Of a stretch of DNA of 64,000 nt, positions 58,312 to 64,000 are shown piece after piece (within the stretch, counting starts at the first letter, position 1; the number at the start of each line of letters is the position of its first letter). Source of the stretch: Candidatus Bathyarchaeota archaeon (GTDB lineage Archaea; Thermoproteota; Bathyarchaeia; Bathyarchaeales; Bathycorpusculaceae). The stretch lies in assembly GCA_963715865.1 (NCBI GenBank), contig OY970280.1:256001-320000 (forward strand), given 5' to 3'. The translations under genes and the position numbers were made by a program. The notes under the pieces are model-generated. The model was not told the DNA's origin. It ran no database searches and saw only the letters and a list, made by a program, of their open reading frames with translations.

Positions 58312-60312
58312 TCAAAAGTTAGATGTGGACGTATTAGACCATGAAGTTGACTTTGCCGCTTTCGACACGCCGTGGCTGGTTTTGTCCCAATAGAATGGAT
58401 TTTTAATTAGTTGAATAAGCCCTCTCCAACTTGCTATGCTCAAGAGCACCCAGTACGCAGGCATGAGCATTGCTAGTGGTGTTAAACGATATTTTTTCAG
58501 TTTTACACAAGCTATGACGTATATTAGCAGGTATGAAAGATTGCCTGCTATTAGATTAAATAGGCATATTGACTGCATATAACTTGGGATTAACCCGCTG
58601 AAAGCAAACGGCATGAGAAGGGCTATCGCTGTAAGTATCCATAATACAGGGTTTATGATTGGAGTGAAGATTCCCGCTCCAAATGTGAGTTGAAATTTCA
58701 GGAATTGTTCTGTTCCTAACTCTTTGAGTAGTTTTCTCGGGTTTCGCATGTGAACGAGGTACGTTTGAAGGTGCCCTTTGTACCATCGTGATCTTTGTCG
58801 AATCCAGCTTCCAACTGCTGTAGGGGCTTCTTCGTATGTGTGGGTGTCTATCATTTCAGTTTTTAGTTTTCGGCGTGCCAGCCTTATTCCTATATCGGCG
58901 TCTTCAGTGACGTTATACGGGTCCCATCTGCCAAGCTCGTCTAGGCTCTTTTTTCGGAAATGGTTGCTTGTTCCTCCCAATGGGATGGGTGCATTGATCC
59001 AGTCTAGTCCTTGGAGGTAAAACTCAAACCAGTTTCCGTACTCGATCGAGAACCATTTTGTTAGCATGTTTTCGTTTGCGTTGTAGAAATTGAGTTTTGA
59101 TTGTAAACACATGACATTCGTGTCTGAGCGCAGAAAAACGATGGCTGCTTTTCTCAGTTGATCAGGGTCGGGGTTGTCTTCAGCGTCGTATATGACGCAG
59201 TACTCTCCTTTTGCTCGCAGTAATCCGTAGTTGCACGCTCTTGGCTTTGTTGTTATTTCTGAGGAAGGAATGATTATCGGGTCAAAAAGTTTTAGGAATT
59301 CGGTGTATTCTTTGCTTGGGATGCCCTCCACCATTTTTTTGGGTGTTCCAAACAGACCCAGCATTTTGGCTTCATTGATGGTTTCTTCATCCTTTTCTTC
59401 CATTAAGATTTTTATGTCAAGCTTTTCTTTTGGGTAGTTTATGTTGTACATGTTTTTTAGGTTCTGTGCGAGCACTTGTGCTTCGTGGAAGACGGGAATT
59501 AAAATGGTGTAGATTGGTAGGTCCTCATCTGGAACCCAATGCATTTCTCCTTTAGTAATTCGGGTAGGTGCTCTTGATCCTCGAAATCCTCTTAATGAAA
59601 TGTAGATTTTAATTGGGTTAACTATGAAGTATCCAATGCTGATTATGGCGAATAGAATTGCGAATGTGATTGCGGAGCTTAATACCGCGCATATCCCGAT
59701 GAGGGCGAGTAATGATATGATGAAGTATTTTTGTTTTGGCAACAGCACTTTATAGGCTGATTGGTCAGGTGTTCGATTATAAAGGTCAAGTATTGCTTCT
59801 TGTTTGTGGATGTCGCGATAAATATTATCAATTGCCCATTCGATTGCTTTTGACGACGCTACATGCAAAATGATCTTCCAGTTCCCAAACAGGTACTGAA
59901 GTGTGACCATGACTCGGCGGTCAAAGGGGTTGTCTACAGCCACTTCTACGTATGATTTGTTTATTTCTAGTGGAATGATTTTGTATTTGCTGACGATTGG
60001 GTATGGTAGAATTGTTATAAGCTTGCTTTTTTGTTCGCTTTTGTATATTTTTTTAATCTGGGAATGGTCCAGAAAGGATAGCCCTGATTGAGCAGATAGG
60101 TCTCTGAAAAAAGTTTCAGGTATGTTCACTTTAGCCTTCTTCAATGTAGGAATGATTTCTTCTATAGAGATTTCCGAGTTTTCAATGGAGGAAGTTTTTA
60201 CTCGGTGCAATTTGAGAAGTTTAAGTAAACTATTTTTGTCGATTGGTTCCTTGGTCGATGTGTCTATAATCGCAGCATCGGCTGTTAATTCTTTTTCCAT
60301 CGGTCTAGTCAT
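58312..60312 (-). CDS. Processive GT2 (cellulose-synthase-like) with N-terminal T2SSE_N-like domain
   Basis: PVFHE, KPRACN, YDAED, LGGTSNHF, VTEDAD, RQRSRW (QxxRW); N-terminal IIPL....VEVAVDNPFD. Confidence 0.88.
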   Translation of the reverse strand: MTRPMEKELTADAAIIDTSTKEPIDKNSLLKLLKLHRVKTSSIENSEISIEEIIPTLKKAKVNIPETFFRDLSAQSGLSFLDHSQIKKIYKSEQKSKLITILPYPIVSKYKIIPLEINKSYVEVAVDNPFDRRVMVTLQYLFGNWKIILHVASSKAIEWAIDNIYRDIHKQEAILDLYNRTPDQSAYKVLLPKQKYFIISLLALIGICAVLSSAITFAILFAIISIGYFIVNPIKIYISLRGFRGSRAPTRITKGEMHWVPDEDLPIYTILIPVFHEAQVLAQNLKNMYNINYPKEKLDIKILMEEKDEETINEAKMLGLFGTPKKMVEGIPSKEYTEFLKLFDPIIIPSSEITTKPRACNYGLLRAKGEYCVIYDAEDNPDPDQLRKAAIVFLRSDTNVMCLQSKLNFYNANENMLTKWFSIEYGNWFEFYLQGLDWINAPIPLGGTSNHFRKKSLDELGRWDPYNVTEDADIGIRLARRKLKTEMIDTHTYEEAPTAVGSWIRQRSRWYKGHLQTYLVHMRNPRKLLKELGTEQFLKFQLTFGAGIFTPIINPVLWILTAIALLMPFAFSGLIPSYMQSICLFNLIAGNLSYLLIYVIACVKLKKYRLTPLAMLMPAYWVLLSIASWRGLIQLIKNPFYWDKTSHGVSKAAKSTSWSNTSTSNF

Positions 60313-60796
60313 ATTTACTTTGCTCGCTTGCTCATGTCCATATTAAAGTTTTTTTACTTATTTATGCTTCGCAAATCTTCCTAATCAATAAATAAAAATT
60401 AAAACCTAGTGAATTAAAGATTGCTAATTTGTAATATAGATTTCAGATTTATTGTGAATATTCAAAAATTAAGGCTTTTTTTGTCATTTTTATGTGCAGT
60501 ATTTCTACAACTGTAGGAAATCATGCAGTATCAAGAGCGAGTTGGTTGAGCTTCATCTTAGGCAGTCTTTTTGGTGACTTAGCAGTTGCAGAGATTAAAA
60601 AGTATAGTGACTAGAACTTATTCACTTGCTTAATCGTTTAACAGAGAACTTGGTGTATTAGCAGTTAGAATTAGAAATTCATAATCCTTTACTTTCTTTA
60701 CCTCATTTAGAATTATCGACCCAAAAGTATGGGTCCACAAGGTACCTATGGAGAAAGAAAAAGGCAGCTGTTGGATGAACTTGAATAGGAACAATC

Positions 60797-61186
60797 GTGA
60801 CAAAAAGTTTGAACAAATCTTGCCTAGACTCAATTGATGAAGCCTTCTCTACGTTAGGAGAAAGTGCAAAAACGTCAATTTACTTTTACCTAGAGAAAAA
60901 TTTCTTGATTACAAAGCAAGATATTCCGTATAAGGTTGATGATTTTTCTGATGCTCTTGAACAAATTTTCGGCTTAGGCGCAAGACACCTTGAAATTTTG
61001 ATCATGGAGAAGCTTCATGCAAAAGTCACTTGTTCCTATAAATGGACTGGCCCGAACTGGCTTGTCCCGGATTTAACATTTCGAAAATATGTTGAGCTGG
61101 CGAGGCTAGGCTACGTAGATACGGAGAAAACAAGAGAATTAGAGGTTTGGATAGATGCAGAAGAAAAACAAGAGCAATACGTTTAA
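60797..61186 (+). CDS. DUF3227-like small protein upstream of a sensor kinase
   Basis: IDEAFSTLGE...YFYLEKNF.I...DIP...DDFSDALEQIFG.GA. Confidence 0.65.
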   Translation: MTKSLNKSCLDSIDEAFSTLGESAKTSIYFYLEKNFLITKQDIPYKVDDFSDALEQIFGLGARHLEILIMEKLHAKVTCSYKWTGPNWLVPDLTFRKYVELARLGYVDTEKTRELEVWIDAEEKQEQYV

Positions 61187-64000
61187 AGACAACTTTCGAG
61201 AGCTTCTAAACTCTTTTTCAGACCCAATCATGGTCTTAAAGCAAGAAGGTGTTGTGCTGGTTGCTAACAAAGCCGTATGCACGTTTCTCGGAGTCGCGAG
61301 TGAGGAATTAATAGGTAAGCATTTTGAAGATTTGAAGTTCCTTGATAAGAAAACGAAAATGCTCATCCAAAGTCAACTTGAGAAAAGGATGAAAGGAGAA
61401 GTAGTCAAGAATTATGAAATCCCGGTTCTCGTAAACGGTGAAACCAAATACTTCGAGCCAAGAGGCAACAGAATTGAGTACTTTGGGGAACCAGCTGATC
61501 TGATCATTTTCCATGACGTTACAGAAAGAAGACAACTTCAAAGTCAACTATTAGTAAAAACAGCAGAGATTGACGAACATTGCCAAGAATTTGAAGGAAA
61601 ATACAGGAAACTTTTCCGAGAATCAATTGACGCCATCTTTATAGCAGATGCTGAAACAGGCATAATAGTAGACTGTAACCCCGCTGCCCAGTTATTAGTC
61701 GGCAGGGACAAGTCGGAGTTGATTGGGCAACATCAGTCTATCCTTCACCCGCAAACGCTTGTGGAGGGGACAGATTTCTCAAAAGGATTCAAAGAACATG
61801 TTAAAGGCTGTCCAATGAGATCTCTTGAAACGCAAGTGGTAACGAAAACAGGAGAAATCAAATACGTTTCAGTCAGGGCAAGGGTTTTTGCGTTCCGCGG
61901 AAAAAAATTGATACAAGGCACATTCAGAGACATCACTGAGCGCAAGCTCATGCAGCAAGCACTGCAGGAAAATGAAGAGAAATTCCATGGAATAGCTAAT
62001 TCAGTCAGGGATACCATAATCTTAGTGGGCGAGGAAGACAAGGTTACTTACTGGAATCCTGCCGCTGAAAAAATATTTGGCTACACAAGTGAAGAGGCAA
62101 TTGGCAAAGATGTGCATGAGCTAGTTGTTCCAAACGCAATACGCAAAGAAGGAAAGGCTTGCATCCACGGAGAAGTAAAAAAGTTTGCTGAGACACACAT
62201 GGGCAATTTAGCATCCAAAAATGGTGAATTAATCTGTCGTCGCAAAGACGGAAGTGAATTCCCAGCCGAATTATCAATGACGCCGATAAAGTTGGGTAGA
62301 AAATGGAATGCGGTTGCAGTAGTAAAAGACACCACCCAGAAGAAACAAAGCGAGCAGAAACTGAGAGAGGCGGAACAACGTTACCATGCGTTATTTAACC
62401 AAGCACCATTAGGCGTCTTAGTAGTCGATCCGGAAACAACCGCATTGGTTGAATTCAACGATGTAGCCAATCGGCAACTGGGCTACTCCAAAGAGGAGTT
62501 TGCAAAACTCCGCATTGCAGATATCGAAGCCAAGGAAACGGCCGACGGAGTGAAAGCACACACAAGCAGAATGATGAAAGAAGGAGGAAGCGAGTTTGAG
62601 ACTAAACACCGTACCAAAGACGGCGAGGTCAGGGATGTCCTTGTAACTACGAGGACAGTTGAATTAGGCGGCAAAACTTTTCTCTACTGCATTTTTCACG
62701 ACATCACCGATATCAGAAAAGTGCAAGATGCCCTTATGAAAAGCGAAACGCAATATCGCCAACTAGTTGAGCTTGCCCAGGAGGGTGTTTGGGCTGTAGA
62801 TAAGGAATACTGCACCGCTTTTGTTAATCCTCGCATGGCTCAGATGTTGGGATATGCTGAAAGTGAAATGGCCGGAAGAAGCATTTTTGAATTCGTGGAT
62901 AAGAAGGACAGCGAGCAAGCTAAGCAATTTTTGGGGCAATTTAAGTATGGTGCCAAAGGACATTTTGAATACGAGTTTACTCGCAAAGATGGATCTCGCG
63001 TTTACGCCAGTATCGCAGCTTCCGCGATTAACGATGACGAAGGAAACCGTTTAGGGACGCTCGCTTTAGTTGCGGACGTCACAGAAGACAAAAGGATGCA
63101 GAAGGAGCTGAAACAAGAGCACTTTAGGCTGGAGGCAATAGCAAACAGCGTCGGTGCAGGTTTCGTAATCATAAGCCCGGACTATCGTATATTGTGGGCG
63201 AACAGGTTCATGAGAGAATACAAGGGCAACATGGATGGAAAACTCTGTTACGCAACGCTCAACTCTTTAGATGCGCCTTGCCCAGATTGCGGGGTTAAGA
63301 AAGTCTTCGAGGAAGGCGTTAGCTGGGACGCGCATGAATACTTCTCAACTGACATCAAAGGCAATCCATACTGGGTTGAACTCATTGCAACACCAATAAA
63401 AGACGCTGACGGCAAAGTCGAAACAGCAATAGAGGTAGCAGTAGATATTACTGAAAAGAAAAATCTGCAAAACAAACTGGCACAGTATTCTCAGAAACTC
63501 GAAAAACTGGTTGAAGAAAGAACCAAGCAGCTGGAAGAGGCGCAGCTTCGACTAGTCAAGTCCGAAAGACTTGCCGCTATTGGCGAATTAGCAGGAATGG
63601 TTGGACATGACCTGCGCAACCCGTTGACAGGAATCGAAAATGCTGCTTATTTCTTGAAAACCAAAGGTGCCACAATTTCTGAAGCCCAGGCTAAAGAAAT
63701 GCTTGAAACAATCGACAAATGCGTGGAACACTCGAACAAAATCGTCAGCGACCTTTTTGATTACTCAAAAGAAATCCGTTTAGAGCTACAAGAAAGTTCA
63801 CCACGAAACGTGCTATCTGAAGCTTTAGACATGGTGCAAGTGCCAGCAAAAGTGGAAATTCTAAACCTCATTCCAGACGAGCAACACCTAAACGTTGACC
63901 CAGACAAAATAGAACGAGTCTTCATAAATCTCATAAAAAACGCCATCGATGCAATGCCAAACGGAGGCAAAATAACGATTGACAGTAAAGAAGTAAATGG
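61155..64000 (+). CDS. Six-PAS sensor histidine kinase (runs off the window end)
   Basis: Frame read open from ATG 61155; six PAS/PAC units ending in DVT/DIT/DTT; GMVGHDLRNPL; NLIKNAIDAM; absent from the ORF track because no stop lies in the window. Confidence 0.9.
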   Translation, partial: MQKKNKSNTFKDNFRELLNSFSDPIMVLKQEGVVLVANKAVCTFLGVASEELIGKHFEDLKFLDKKTKMLIQSQLEKRMKGEVVKNYEIPVLVNGETKYFEPRGNRIEYFGEPADLIIFHDVTERRQLQSQLLVKTAEIDEHCQEFEGKYRKLFRESIDAIFIADAETGIIVDCNPAAQLLVGRDKSELIGQHQSILHPQTLVEGTDFSKGFKEHVKGCPMRSLETQVVTKTGEIKYVSVRARVFAFRGKKLIQGTFRDITERKLMQQALQENEEKFHGIANSVRDTIILVGEEDKVTYWNPAAEKIFGYTSEEAIGKDVHELVVPNAIRKEGKACIHGEVKKFAETHMGNLASKNGELICRRKDGSEFPAELSMTPIKLGRKWNAVAVVKDTTQKKQSEQKLREAEQRYHALFNQAPLGVLVVDPETTALVEFNDVANRQLGYSKEEFAKLRIADIEAKETADGVKAHTSRMMKEGGSEFETKHRTKDGEVRDVLVTTRTVELGGKTFLYCIFHDITDIRKVQDALMKSETQYRQLVELAQEGVWAVDKEYCTAFVNPRMAQMLGYAESEMAGRSIFEFVDKKDSEQAKQFLGQFKYGAKGHFEYEFTRKDGSRVYASIAASAINDDEGNRLGTLALVADVTEDKRMQKELKQEHFRLEAIANSVGAGFVIISPDYRILWANRFMREYKGNMDGKLCYATLNSLDAPCPDCGVKKVFEEGVSWDAHEYFSTDIKGNPYWVELIATPIKDADGKVETAIEVAVDITEKKNLQNKLAQYSQKLEKLVEERTKQLEEAQLRLVKSERLAAIGELAGMVGHDLRNPLTGIENAAYFLKTKGATISEAQAKEMLETIDKCVEHSNKIVSDLFDYSKEIRLELQESSPRNVLSEALDMVQVPAKVEILNLIPDEQHLNVDPDKIERVFINLIKNAIDAMPNGGKITIDSKEVN

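Noticed and set aside
60501-60521. ATTTCTAC-AACT-GTAG hairpin resembling a Cas12a repeat
   Set aside because: Single copy, no spacers, no cas genes; at most an operator palindrome
61139-63970. Many short minus-strand ORFs
   Set aside because: Shadows of the long plus-strand PAS kinase

Overview
Archaeal chromosomal DNA. The archaeal LeuRS/TyrRS, GatDE, eS30, Elp3, Rio2 and Sm genes, many PAS kinases, zinc-ribbon membrane proteins and a PEF-CTERM signal suggest Ca. Bathyarchaeia (inference). 1-39 kb is mostly housekeeping: translation genes, a GpgS/GpgP-type compatible-solute pair, an ABC exporter, two tandem MgtA ATPases, MNT-HEPN modules and several unexplained proteins. 39.8-50.8 kb is an accessory block: DUF362, aryl-CoA ligase and W-AOR; two GNAT-SCP2 genes; and flippase-like, deacetylase, GT2 and GT-C-like genes resembling the bacterial ArnC/D/EF/T logic. 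50.9-58.1 kb is a decayed insertion hotspot ending at the 3' end of tRNA-Pro(GGG). It holds two different integrase remnants, duplicated kinase+RHH modules, TreY, transposase and methyltransferase fragments, and a surface protein cut from its PEF-CTERM anchor by one in-frame stop. A 28-bp dif-like site (11-6-11, TAA-N6-TTA) lies next to the tRNA. The window ends in a GT2 with a T2SSE_N-like domain and a six-PAS histidine kinase that runs off the edge. No CRISPR array or rRNA was seen. All family calls are by-eye motif recognition; no database search was run.
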